From contig CAWBDD010000021.1 in NCBI GenBank assembly GCA_963787465.1, positions 80,598 to 144,597 of the forward strand: a stretch of 64,000 nucleotides of DNA, written 5' to 3'. Made by a program: the position numbers and the translations under genes. Source of the stretch: an uncultured Thermoplasmata archaeon. GTDB taxonomy: Archaea; Thermoplasmatota; Thermoplasmata; UBA10834. This document shows, piece by piece, positions 29,228-38,122 of this stretch (position 1 is its first letter; every line of letters begins with the position of its first letter). The notes beneath the pieces were generated by a model. The model did not search any database. It saw nothing but the letters and a program-made list of their open reading frames with translations, and was not told the origin of the DNA.

Positions 29228-30442
29228 ATGGATAGTCCCTCGGAACGCACGCCGGCAGGTGAGTCGCAGACAATCTCCGTGAATCTCCTCTGCATCTTGG
29301 GGGCCGTCGTCGGCCTGGCGTCACTTCTCCTTCCGTGGCAGTGGACTGCAGAGGGGTTCTCAAGCACGGATTGGAGCGTCGCGGACCTGCTGAGAGACGG
29401 GGCCCATGGGCACCCAGGTATCATCTACCCCGCTCTCATAGTCTATGTCACTGGGACCATCATGGCACTGTTCGCCCCGCCAGGAGGATTCGTTCAGATC
29501 GTGGGGCTAACCATGTTCTGCTCCGAGGAGATCAAGAGAGAGGAGAATTACACCTTCATGGAAACAGGGCTATCCGTCGGCTTCTTCGTGGCGACGATAT
29601 CGACTGCGATCGTCATGGCAGCACTGATATCGCCGACGGGGCCGGGCCATGGGGCCGGAACCAAATGGTGGTCCTCACGCGCCTTCACTTTCGCGCGCAC
29701 ACGCGTAGCGAACAACCGCGTCCTGCGACTCTCCTGGGCAACACCGTGCGACATCTTCACGGTCATGAGGTTGCCGAGCAGAAAGGTCACCGTCGGGCTC
29801 GTCGCGGCATCCGTGGTCGCATTGATCGCGTTCTCGACAACCCTGCTCCATGGGGACGATGGACCAGTGAGCAAAGTCGGCGAAGGAGTCCTTCTGTCCT
29901 TCGGCGAGCTGAGGGGCGGTGGGAACTGGGACAATTCGATGATCAGAGTGAGCGACGGGGTGATCCAGGTCCAATGGAATCTCACATCCGACGTCTGGGA
30001 GGAGAGAACATGGACGGCGGTCTCATTCGAGCCCATGGACCTTGGAGGGATCGACCTCCGTCTGACCGTGGTCGACTGGGGGGGCGATGGCTACCGGACC
30101 CTCGGAGACCAGGTCGTGCTGGCACCCATCAACGGAACCGCATTCGAGAATGATGTCCCGTACGCAATAAGCATCTCGTGCCCCAGGGAAATCACCGCCA
30201 CCGACATACCCTCCGTCATGACGGTCGTCACATTCGTCCTGCAATCAGACGGAAGTGTTGATTCCACCGGGGAAACCACCATCTCCGGGGGATGGCTGAC
30301 CTATCATGAGGATCTACCCTGGATCCCCTCGATCGTCGCGGTCTCTATCGCGGTCACTCTCTCACTGACGTTCCATTACGTGCTCATCCGAGCAGTCGTC
30401 AGGCACGAGAGAAGAGCACATTACTTGGACGACCCCTACTAA
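29228..30442 (+). CDS. Membrane protein: N-terminal 4-TM domain, a central extracellular beta-rich domain and a C-terminal TM anchor
   Basis: Start MDSPSERTPAGE... TM helices at the N-terminus. Mid-protein TM is KVTVGLVAASVVALIAFS. C-terminal TM is WIPSIVAVSIAVTLSLTFHYVLI. Confidence 0.55.
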   Translation: MDSPSERTPAGESQTISVNLLCILGAVVGLASLLLPWQWTAEGFSSTDWSVADLLRDGAHGHPGIIYPALIVYVTGTIMALFAPPGGFVQIVGLTMFCSEEIKREENYTFMETGLSVGFFVATISTAIVMAALISPTGPGHGAGTKWWSSRAFTFARTRVANNRVLRLSWATPCDIFTVMRLPSRKVTVGLVAASVVALIAFSTTLLHGDDGPVSKVGEGVLLSFGELRGGGNWDNSMIRVSDGVIQVQWNLTSDVWEERTWTAVSFEPMDLGGIDLRLTVVDWGGDGYRTLGDQVVLAPINGTAFENDVPYAISISCPREITATDIPSVMTVVTFVLQSDGSVDSTGETTISGGWLTYHEDLPWIPSIVAVSIAVTLSLTFHYVLIRAVVRHERRAHYLDDPY

Positions 30443-30511
30443 GGGAGGGTCGAATCGATCAGACCGCCCGGCATCCGTCCGCATGCACGTCTTGGTCCCG
30501 GCTCGTGGGCT

Positions 30512-31183
30512 TCATCTGACGACCGTGTATCTCAACCACACGTAGCCAGACCGCAGCTTCTCGACATGCTTGATCTTCAGGTTGACCACTCCAGAGGCCG
30601 ACGACAGGTCGGGCGCAGTGAACACAGAGCTCGGGCTCGTCCCACCGACGAGGGCCGGGTGCACCAGAACACTGACCTCGTCGACCAGCCCCGCTCTCAG
30701 TAGCACGCCGTTGAGTGTTCCTCCGCTGTCTAGCCGTATGTTTCTCACGGCGTACTTCGAACTCAGCTCCTCCAGCGCCCTTCGCATGTCGATCCGGTCC
30801 TTCCCGGCCATGACCGTGTCGATCGAGTCCTTCTCCAGCCGCCTCAGGTACGGCCCTGGGGTCTTCTCCGAGCAGAGGACGACGACATCGCGCCAGTATG
30901 GCTGGTCCAGCCATGGCTTCCAGTCCCTGACCCTGCCGCGGCTGTCCGGGACGACCAGAAGCGGGCGTCTGTCCCGCGGGTCCTTGCTCCTGCGCTCGTC
31001 GGGTTCGTCGCCGGACGGTGCGGGCATGTGGTCCGCAGCGGCCATGATGGTCCCGCTCCCGGACAGGATGGCGTTGACCTTCCATCTCGAGGCGAGCTCG
31101 TAGTACAGCTCGATGTCGGCGGGCACGAAATCCAGCCGGCCGTCCACGCTCATCACGTTGTGCATCACCACCCGGGGCAGCAT
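30512..31183 (-). CDS. RibD C-terminal domain / dihydrofolate-reductase-family reductase (archaeal 2,5-diamino-6-ribosylamino-pyrimidinone 5'-phosphate reductase-like)
   Basis: Starts MLPRVVMHNVMSVDGRLD, a typical start for this family. The longer track ORF adds an R/P-rich shadow extension. Confidence 0.6.
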   Translation of the reverse strand: MLPRVVMHNVMSVDGRLDFVPADIELYYELASRWKVNAILSGSGTIMAAADHMPAPSGDEPDERRSKDPRDRRPLLVVPDSRGRVRDWKPWLDQPYWRDVVVLCSEKTPGPYLRRLEKDSIDTVMAGKDRIDMRRALEELSSKYAVRNIRLDSGGTLNGVLLRAGLVDEVSVLVHPALVGGTSPSSVFTAPDLSSASGVVNLKIKHVEKLRSGYVWLRYTVVR

Positions 31184-31307
31184 GCGGCGGTGGAGAGTGA
31201 ACCGAGAGATAAACCTGTCTGAGTGCCAAGGCGATGGAGCGAGAAGGCAGGCCGCTGGCGATGCCAGCGGCCGTGGAGTTTGAGAAGTGGTTTGGCAGGA
31301 CCAGCGA

Positions 31308-32702
31308 CTATGTCTTCTGGTCCTTGGCGTCCTTCGCATCCTTGGAGCTCTTCGAGGGCTTCATGTCCCTCAGCCCCTCGACGACGCCTCCGAACTCGGA
31401 GAACCCGAGGTCGTTCGGCCTCGCGAGACGGTTCAGGATCGAGGTCATCGCGCCCTGGTTGCTGACGCCTATCGCTGCGAGCATCTTGCCGAGGTCGAAC
31501 CCCACCTCGTCCTCGTTGCCGCCAGCGAAGACCTTGAGATCCGCGGTCGCGAGCGCCTTCGCGCCTTCGACGCCGATCGCACGGTTCATCTCGATCATCT
31601 TCTCGGCCGTCAGAGCCCTGATCGCTGAGTCGTCGAACATCTTGAGGGCCTCCTGCAGCTTCAGCTTGCCCTCGGCCTCTGCCAGGAGTGCCTCCCTGAC
31701 GGACGCGGCGTCACCCTTGGCCTTCTCGGTGAGCATCAGGTTGTCGCCCTGTCCCTCGAGGAGCTTCCTCTGCTTCCTGATCTCCTCGACGGCTCTCTCC
31801 TGCTCGGCGACGACCAGGTTCTTCTCCCTCTGGATCTCGGCCATCCTGACCTGCTCGACGCGCGTGACCTCCAGCTGCTGGATCCTGGCGAGCCTCTCCT
31901 GCTCGGCGACCATCTTGTCCTTGAGCTGGTTACGCTTGGCCACCTCTTCCATCCTCTGGATCTCCCTCATCGATGCGATCTCGTCGGTCTCTGCCTCCTT
32001 GAGCCTGGCAGCCTTGATCTGCTCCGCGTTCTTCTGCCTGGCCTCGCTGTGGATCTGAGTCTCGATGATGGACGAGATGTCCTTGATGACATGCGGCGGG
32101 GCCGTCTCGCCGTACTCGGCCGTCGTCGGGTCCTTGAAGTCTATGAGCTCCAGGTCCTTGAGGTCGATACCCCAGTGCTTGATCGCGTCCTTGAGCGGCT
32201 CGTCGATCAGCCTTATGATCATCGTCCTGTCGTTGATGATCTCCTTCACGGTCGACTTCGTGCACACATCCCTCGTCGTCGCCTGGACGATCTTGCCTAT
32301 CTGCGTCGAGAGGTCGTTCAGATCGCCAGCGAACCTCTTGGCCGCCTCGACGGGGTCCTTGATCGCGACGTATGCTATGATGTCGCAGAGGAACCTCGCC
32401 CGGTCCTTGTCGAACGACAGGAAGTTGGGCACGTCGATCGCGAGTATCCTGAGGGGTATCCTGTGCACGGTCATGCCCATGCCCATTATGAAGAACCAAC
32501 TCGGGATGCGGAAGTACGCCGATTTCCCAGTCTGGCTGTATTCAGGATGGGGTGAGTACACCCTCATCTTCCCCTTCTGAATCACGACGTCCGCGAAGTC
32601 TGCGGGGACGATCGTGTACAGGCCCGCGAGTATGATCATGAACAGCAGTATCGCCACGCCGATCATGAGCAGTATCAACGTCAGAATTTCCATGCGTTTC
32701 AC
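31308..32702 (-). CDS. Flotillin-like SPFH/band-7 family protein
   Basis: 464 aa. N-terminal TM, an SPFH domain, then a long EA/EQ-rich coiled coil (AEQERLARIQQLE...) typical of flotillin/YqiK. Confidence 0.8.
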   Translation of the reverse strand: MKRMEILTLILLMIGVAILLFMIILAGLYTIVPADFADVVIQKGKMRVYSPHPEYSQTGKSAYFRIPSWFFIMGMGMTVHRIPLRILAIDVPNFLSFDKDRARFLCDIIAYVAIKDPVEAAKRFAGDLNDLSTQIGKIVQATTRDVCTKSTVKEIINDRTMIIRLIDEPLKDAIKHWGIDLKDLELIDFKDPTTAEYGETAPPHVIKDISSIIETQIHSEARQKNAEQIKAARLKEAETDEIASMREIQRMEEVAKRNQLKDKMVAEQERLARIQQLEVTRVEQVRMAEIQREKNLVVAEQERAVEEIRKQRKLLEGQGDNLMLTEKAKGDAASVREALLAEAEGKLKLQEALKMFDDSAIRALTAEKMIEMNRAIGVEGAKALATADLKVFAGGNEDEVGFDLGKMLAAIGVSNQGAMTSILNRLARPNDLGFSEFGGVVEGLRDMKPSKSSKDAKDAKDQKT

Positions 32703-32947
32703 GCCTCCTTGTTCTCGGACGGACCGACGCGTGCGCTCAGCACTATCGTCCCGTCATAGATCTTGTTCGTCAGCATCGGCTGAAGGAGCTTGGTGACGAC
32801 ACCGTCCTTCTCGATGTAGATGTCCCTTCCGTTGTCTATGTCCTTGTATGCCTGCTCCATGTCTTCCAGCGTGGCGAAGACTATCTGGTCGAACTGACCC
32901 TTCGTCCCGATCCGGAAGCTTTCCACTCGGTATGACTTCTGCGCCAT
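32699..32947 (-). CDS. Small hypothetical protein co-transcribed upstream of the flotillin gene (stop/start overlap)
   Basis: 82 aa from MAQKSYRVESFRIGTKGQFDQIVFATLEDMEQAY... Its ATGA-type overlap with the flotillin start suggests operon coupling. Confidence 0.45.
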   Translation of the reverse strand: MAQKSYRVESFRIGTKGQFDQIVFATLEDMEQAYKDIDNGRDIYIEKDGVVTKLLQPMLTNKIYDGTIVLSARVGPSENKEA

Positions 32948-33118
32948 GGGGACCCCGCCTCCCTCCAGGGAGCGGGATGGGGATTGCCCTTCATGAACGT
33001 ATCTGGGGGATTCCGGGCAGGCGAGGAGACATGGTCCATCATCGTGCGCTGTCCGCCCCACCAGCCATAGCAGGGCTTGGGCGAAAAGGTTATTCAGGAA
33101 CGCGGTTTACCTGCACCC

Positions 33119-33769
33119 ATGCACAAGGTCGTCACCATCGACATGGAGAGGGACCTGCTCGCAGAGAACCGGCGCATCGCCAACGAGAACCGGGCGCTCC
33201 TGGAGAAGAACGATATCGTGGCGTTCGACTTCCTCGGCGGGATCGGCTCCGGCAAGACCTTGATCATCGAGAAGCTGGTCGACGCGCTGAAGGCGAAGGG
33301 GAAACGCTGCGCTGCGATAGCCGGGGACGTCTCCGGTGACGACGACTATCAGAGGTTCGTCAAGCACGGGATCCCCGCGTCCAACGTGAACACCGGCAAG
33401 GAATGCCACCTGGACGCCCACCTCGTGGACCACGCGCTCGAGGACCTCCCGCTGGCGGAACTCGATTACATATTCGTTGAGAACGTCGGGAACCTGGTGT
33501 GCCCGGTCGATTTCCCTGTCGGCTCGCACAAGAGGGTCGTCGTCATAAGCGTGACAGAGGGCGACGACATGGTCCGGAAGCACCCGCCGATCTTCGCTTT
33601 CAGCGATGTCATCATCATAAACAAGGTCGACCTGGCAGAGGCCATGGAAGTCGACCCGAAGATACTCGAGCGTGACGCCAGGCGGATCAACCCAGGCGCG
33701 AAGGTCATATTCATGGACACGCGCCGGGGAAAGGGGATGACCGAGCTCATGGATGCGCTCGGCATCTAG
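33119..33769 (+). CDS. hypB: Hydrogenase nickel-incorporation GTPase HypB
   Basis: P-loop GGIGSGKTLIIEKL and a CH...C metal-binding region. A BRE/TATA-like AAAAGGTTATTCA sits ~25 nt upstream of ATG 33119. Confidence 0.85.
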   Translation: MHKVVTIDMERDLLAENRRIANENRALLEKNDIVAFDFLGGIGSGKTLIIEKLVDALKAKGKRCAAIAGDVSGDDDYQRFVKHGIPASNVNTGKECHLDAHLVDHALEDLPLAELDYIFVENVGNLVCPVDFPVGSHKRVVVISVTEGDDMVRKHPPIFAFSDVIIINKVDLAEAMEVDPKILERDARRINPGAKVIFMDTRRGKGMTELMDALGI

Positions 33770-33778
33770 GGGCTGAAG

Positions 33779-35986
33779 ATGAAGGTCACGGTCTACGGCA
33801 TCGTCCAGGGCGTCGGCTTCAGGCCGACGGTCTACCGTGTCGCGAAGGCCATGGGGCTGAAGGGGTTCGTGCTGAACAACGGTTCGAACGTCGAGATACA
33901 CGTCGACCGCGACGTGGAGGAGTTCCTCAGACGGCTCAAAGCGGCCCTCCCCGCGCTGGCGAGGATAGACAGGGCCGACATCGAGGAGATGCGGGAGGAG
34001 CTGCAGGACTTCACGATCCACCACAGCGAGCAGGGCGCGAGGGTCTCGCTGATCCCCACGGACACCGCGATTTGCGACAGGTGCGCCTCCGACTTCCAGA
34101 GCTCGGGGGGAAAGAGGCATCTCTTCCCATTCACGAACTGCACCGAATGCGGGGCCAGGTTCACAGTGATAGCCGACCTGCCCTTCGACAGGGCCCGGAC
34201 GAGCATGACCGACTTCCCGATGTGCCCTTCGTGCACGGAGGAGTACGCCTCGCCGGAGGACAGGAGGTTCCACGCGCAGACCATCTCGTGCCCCGAGTGC
34301 GGCCCAACGTACACACTATACGATAGTGGACGTAGGGAGGTCGCCGGTGACCCGTTCAAGATCTTCGCGGACAAGATCGACGGAGGAGCCGTCGGCCTTC
34401 TGAAGGGCTGGGGGGGCATGCACATCGTCTGCGGCTTCGCCGGCGCGCCGAGGCTGAGGAAGGTCTACCGGAGGGGGGACAAGCCCTATGCCGTCATGAT
34501 GCGGGACCTCGCGACCGCCAAGAGGTATGCCCGCGTCACGTCCGAGGAGGAGAGGCTCCTGACTTCGCCTCAGAGGCCAATCGTCCTCCTCCACAAGGAG
34601 GAGACGGCGGCGAGGACCCTCGAGGAGGTCTCGCCGGGCCTCGGGAACATCGGGGTCATGCTCCCGTACTCCGGGGCGCATCTGCTACTGTTCGAGCACC
34701 TGAGGGCGGACGGGATCGTCATGACGTCCGCGAACCCTCCAGGCGAGCCCATGGTCACCGTGAACGACCACGCCTTCGATCTCGGCCTCGACTTCTACCT
34801 CATGCACGACAGGAGGATCATCCACCGCTGCGACGACAGTGTGGTCAAGGTCAACTCGGGGATGACCAACTTCACCAGGAAGTCCAGGGGGTTCGTGCCC
34901 ATGCCGGTCGAGGCGAACCACGGACACACGGTCATCGGCGTCGGGGCCCAGTGGGACGTCACGGGGTCCGTCTCGAGGACCGGCGAGATATTCCTGACGC
35001 AGTACGTGGGGGACAGCCAGCAGTACCCGACGCTCCAGTACCTCGACGACGCGATACACCACCTCGGAGGCCTGTTGGGGACGAAGAAGGTCGACGCCAT
35101 AGGCCTCGACAAGCACCCGAGGTACTCGACCAGGATAGTAGCGAAGAGGCTTGCGAAGGAGCACGGGTGCGAGCTGATCGAGACACAGCACTATCATGCG
35201 CACGCGGCGGCGCTCAAGATCGACAGGAAGGTCGACGGGCCGCTCGTCACACTCGCGTGGGACGGGACCGGGTACGGCGACGACGGGACCTCGTGGGGCG
35301 GCGAGACGCTCCTCGCCGATTTCGACAGCTACAGGAGGCTCGGGACCCTCGAGGGGATCCCGCTCCTGGGTGGGGACCGTGCGATCATCGACCCCGGAAG
35401 GGTCGTCACCGCGATCCAACTGCAGCTCGGACTCGAGCCGACGCTCGTCGCGGGGGACCAGGCGGACATCTTCTCCAAGATGATGGGGAAGAGCGTCAAG
35501 GCCTCCAGCATGGGCAGGGTGCTGGACGCCGTCTCATGTATCCTCGGCATCTGCTGCAAGCGGACCTACGAGGGTGAGCCGGCGATCAAGCTCGAGAGAT
35601 GGCTCGAGGTCGGTGAACCCGTTGTCCCGTTCGAGGTCGAGTTCTCCTCTCAAGGAGGTGTCGAAGCCGCCAGGACGCTCCCCATGTTCGAGAGACTGCT
35701 CTCCGCAGACATCTCGACGGACAGGAAGAAGGCCGACGCCGCCGCATCCTTCGTCAAGGCCCTTGTCATGGCGCTCGCGGGCCGCGCCTGCGAGCACGCG
35801 CGCGAGGAAGGGCTGAGGCACGTCGGGCTCACGGGCGGTGTCTCATACAGCGGGCCCGTCGCGGCGTGGACCAATGAGGCCGTCGAGGCGCACGGCCTGG
35901 AGTTCGTCGGGCACGAGAGGATATGCAACGGGGACGGGGGCATCTCCACCGGCCAGAACGCCATAGCTGGCGCGAGGCTCGGGTAA
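33779..35986 (+). CDS. hypF: Carbamoyltransferase HypF
   Basis: 735 aa. N-terminal acylphosphatase domain, two CxxC...CxxC zinc fingers, a YrdC domain and a Kae1-like domain. Confidence 0.9.
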   Translation: MKVTVYGIVQGVGFRPTVYRVAKAMGLKGFVLNNGSNVEIHVDRDVEEFLRRLKAALPALARIDRADIEEMREELQDFTIHHSEQGARVSLIPTDTAICDRCASDFQSSGGKRHLFPFTNCTECGARFTVIADLPFDRARTSMTDFPMCPSCTEEYASPEDRRFHAQTISCPECGPTYTLYDSGRREVAGDPFKIFADKIDGGAVGLLKGWGGMHIVCGFAGAPRLRKVYRRGDKPYAVMMRDLATAKRYARVTSEEERLLTSPQRPIVLLHKEETAARTLEEVSPGLGNIGVMLPYSGAHLLLFEHLRADGIVMTSANPPGEPMVTVNDHAFDLGLDFYLMHDRRIIHRCDDSVVKVNSGMTNFTRKSRGFVPMPVEANHGHTVIGVGAQWDVTGSVSRTGEIFLTQYVGDSQQYPTLQYLDDAIHHLGGLLGTKKVDAIGLDKHPRYSTRIVAKRLAKEHGCELIETQHYHAHAAALKIDRKVDGPLVTLAWDGTGYGDDGTSWGGETLLADFDSYRRLGTLEGIPLLGGDRAIIDPGRVVTAIQLQLGLEPTLVAGDQADIFSKMMGKSVKASSMGRVLDAVSCILGICCKRTYEGEPAIKLERWLEVGEPVVPFEVEFSSQGGVEAARTLPMFERLLSADISTDRKKADAAASFVKALVMALAGRACEHAREEGLRHVGLTGGVSYSGPVAAWTNEAVEAHGLEFVGHERICNGDGGISTGQNAIAGARLG

Positions 35987-36020
35987 ACGTTTATCAACGG
36001 CCCCCGCATTCTCACGCCAG

Positions 36021-36248
36021 ATGTGCCTAGCCGTCCCAGGTGAGGTCAAATCCGTCGATGGCGTGGTCGCCAAGGTCGATTTCGGCGGCGTCACGCGCAC
36101 TGCGAACCTGTCGCTCGTGGACGCGAAGATCGGTGACTACGTCATAGTCCACGCCGGCTACGCGATACAGGTGCTCGACAGGGAGGAAGCGGAGAAGACC
36201 CTCGAGGTCTTCAGGGAGCTCCTGGGCCAGGAGGACGCAGGGACGTAG
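36021..36248 (+). CDS. hypC: Hydrogenase maturation factor HypC
   Basis: 75 aa, beginning MCLAVP (the conserved N-terminal Cys2 motif). Confidence 0.85.
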   Translation: MCLAVPGEVKSVDGVVAKVDFGGVTRTANLSLVDAKIGDYVIVHAGYAIQVLDREEAEKTLEVFRELLGQEDAGT

Positions 36249-36254
36249 GTACCG

Positions 36255-36629
36255 ATGCACGAGTTCTCGGTCATGAGCCAGTTGGTGCAGGGCGTCCTCG
36301 AGGAGGCTAAGGGGCACAGCGCGTCCAGGGTCGAGGAGGTCGTCCTGGACCTCGGCGACTTCACGATGCTGGGCGTCGAGCAGCTCACTTTCGCGTTCGA
36401 CGTCCTCACGAAGGGGACCATCATGGAGGGCGCCGTCCTCACAGTCCACCGCATACCGGGAAGGGTGAGATGCGGCTGCGGGGTCGACAGGGAGATGGCG
36501 CCCGATGCGGATTCCCCTCACAGGGTCGTGCCCGTCCTCGAATGCCCCGGCTGCGGAAAGCTGGCCGAGTTGGTAGAGGGCAGGGAGTGCGTGGTCAGGA
36601 ACATCAGGATGGTGGTCCCTGATGCTTAG
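36255..36629 (+). CDS. hypA: Hydrogenase nickel insertion protein HypA
   Basis: Starts MHEFSV, with CGCG...CPGCG zinc-ribbon motifs. Confidence 0.85.
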   Translation: MHEFSVMSQLVQGVLEEAKGHSASRVEEVVLDLGDFTMLGVEQLTFAFDVLTKGTIMEGAVLTVHRIPGRVRCGCGVDREMAPDADSPHRVVPVLECPGCGKLAELVEGRECVVRNIRMVVPDA

Positions 36630-37707
36630 GCTAAGGGACAGGGAGATGTCGAGGAAGGTCCTCGACAGGCTGGAGGCGATGAGGCTCGACCTCACCCTCA
36701 TGCACGTCTGCGGCACGCACCAGGACACCCTCATCAGGTTCGGCCTCGACGGCGAGTTCGCGAGAGTCGGGGTCGACATCCGTCAGGGGCCAGGATGCCC
36801 CGTCTGCGTCACGACGCCCAGGGAGATCGAGGAGGTGCTCGCGCTCGCAAGGAGCGGGCTCACCGTCGCCGTCTTCGGGGACGTGATGAAGGTCCCCGGT
36901 GAGACCGGGTCTCTGCACGATGCGAAGGCCGAGGGGGCCGACGTCAGGGTCGTGTTCGGGGTCGACGACGCCGTGGCTCTGGCCAAGAGCACGCAGAAGG
37001 AGACGGTCTTCATGGGCATAGGGTTCGAGACCACCGCCCCGACGACCGCCTCCGCGCTCGTAGCCGGCATGCCGCCCAACCTCTCCGTGCTGAGCTGTCA
37101 CAGGACCGTTCCGCCCGCGCTCAAGGCGATCGCGGGGATGGGCGACATCCGGTTGCACGGGCTGATCCAGCCAGGCCATGTGAGCACGATCATCGGGACG
37201 CGGCCGTACGAGTTCCTGTCGAAGGAACATCACATACCACAGGTGGTTGCCGGCTTCGAGCCGCTGGACCTGCTGATGGGCGTGTACATGATAGCGAGGC
37301 AGGTCAAGGAGGGGAGGGCGGAGGTGGAGAACGAGTACTCGCGCATCGTCCACCCCGAGGGGAACCCTGCGGCGCTGAGGGCGATGGATGAGGCTTTCGA
37401 AGTCACCGACGTCGTCTGGAGGGGTTTCCCGGTGATCGCCGGGAGCGGGCTGGAGGTCGGGCGACGGTTCGAGGACCACGATGCCAGGAAGCGGCACGAG
37501 GCCCTCCTGAGGGACGTCCATTCACGCGAGTTCCACGAGGCCAAGGGATGCAGGTGCGGGGAGATGCTCCGCGGGATCGCGAAGAGCGAGGAGTGCACCC
37601 TCTTCGGGAAGAAGTGCACGCCGTCGACGCCGATCGGTCCGTGCATGGTCTCCCGCGAGGGGAACTGCTACATCTCGTACAGGTATCAGAGCAGGGCCAA
37701 GCGGTGA
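36622..37707 (+). CDS. hypD: Hydrogenase maturation factor HypD
   Basis: CGTHQ, GPGCPVC and C-terminal CxxC motifs are present. Its start overlaps the hypA stop. Confidence 0.85.
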   Translation: MLRLRDREMSRKVLDRLEAMRLDLTLMHVCGTHQDTLIRFGLDGEFARVGVDIRQGPGCPVCVTTPREIEEVLALARSGLTVAVFGDVMKVPGETGSLHDAKAEGADVRVVFGVDDAVALAKSTQKETVFMGIGFETTAPTTASALVAGMPPNLSVLSCHRTVPPALKAIAGMGDIRLHGLIQPGHVSTIIGTRPYEFLSKEHHIPQVVAGFEPLDLLMGVYMIARQVKEGRAEVENEYSRIVHPEGNPAALRAMDEAFEVTDVVWRGFPVIAGSGLEVGRRFEDHDARKRHEALLRDVHSREFHEAKGCRCGEMLRGIAKSEECTLFGKKCTPSTPIGPCMVSREGNCYISYRYQSRAKR

Positions 37708-37927
37708 ACGGTCAGAACGCGGGGTCCATATACCCGGGCGCTTACGTTCGGCATACGGGCCAGGCTGCGGGAACGACGGTGCCGGGCCGACCTTGCCCCG
37801 TCGAGGGAGACGCTGCGGTGCTCGTTTCCGCCCGTCGATTTATCGACGGTTTCGAGAAACGGCGATTATACGAATTTCGATTTTCGAGGACATTATCTGC
37901 AAGATAAACTAAGGTTTCATAAGGAGT

Positions 37928-37940
37928 TGCTTAACGAATG
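37928..37940 (+). promoter_or_regulatory. Conserved motif TGCTTAACGAATG (within GGAGTtGCTTAACGAATG), ~183 nt upstream of the hdrA start. An identical copy lies upstream of the second hdrA operon.
   Basis: Exact 13-mer repeat (16/17 including flanks), at 37928-37940 and 47207-47219. The two copies are nearly the same distance (183 and 181 nt) from the respective start codons. Confidence 0.4.
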
Positions 37941-38122
37941 TCGTTCGCACGGCTGCGCTTTTCGAAATCCTCGCGGCGAAACCTATATTAACGGCGTCTC
38001 AATTATCGGTCAACCGTCGGAATTGATGGACCGAGTGGACGCGCCAGACCAACCACTGGCGACGCCCGGTGGGCACTCGGACCGACGCATCTACGACTTG
38101 CACGAGTACGAGGAGGGGGAAA

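Noticed and set aside
28633-29424. 263-aa minus-strand ORF
   Set aside because: It overlaps two well-formed membrane-protein genes on the plus strand and has low-complexity composition.
33107-34273. 388-aa minus-strand ORF
   Set aside because: It is antisense to hypB/hypF.
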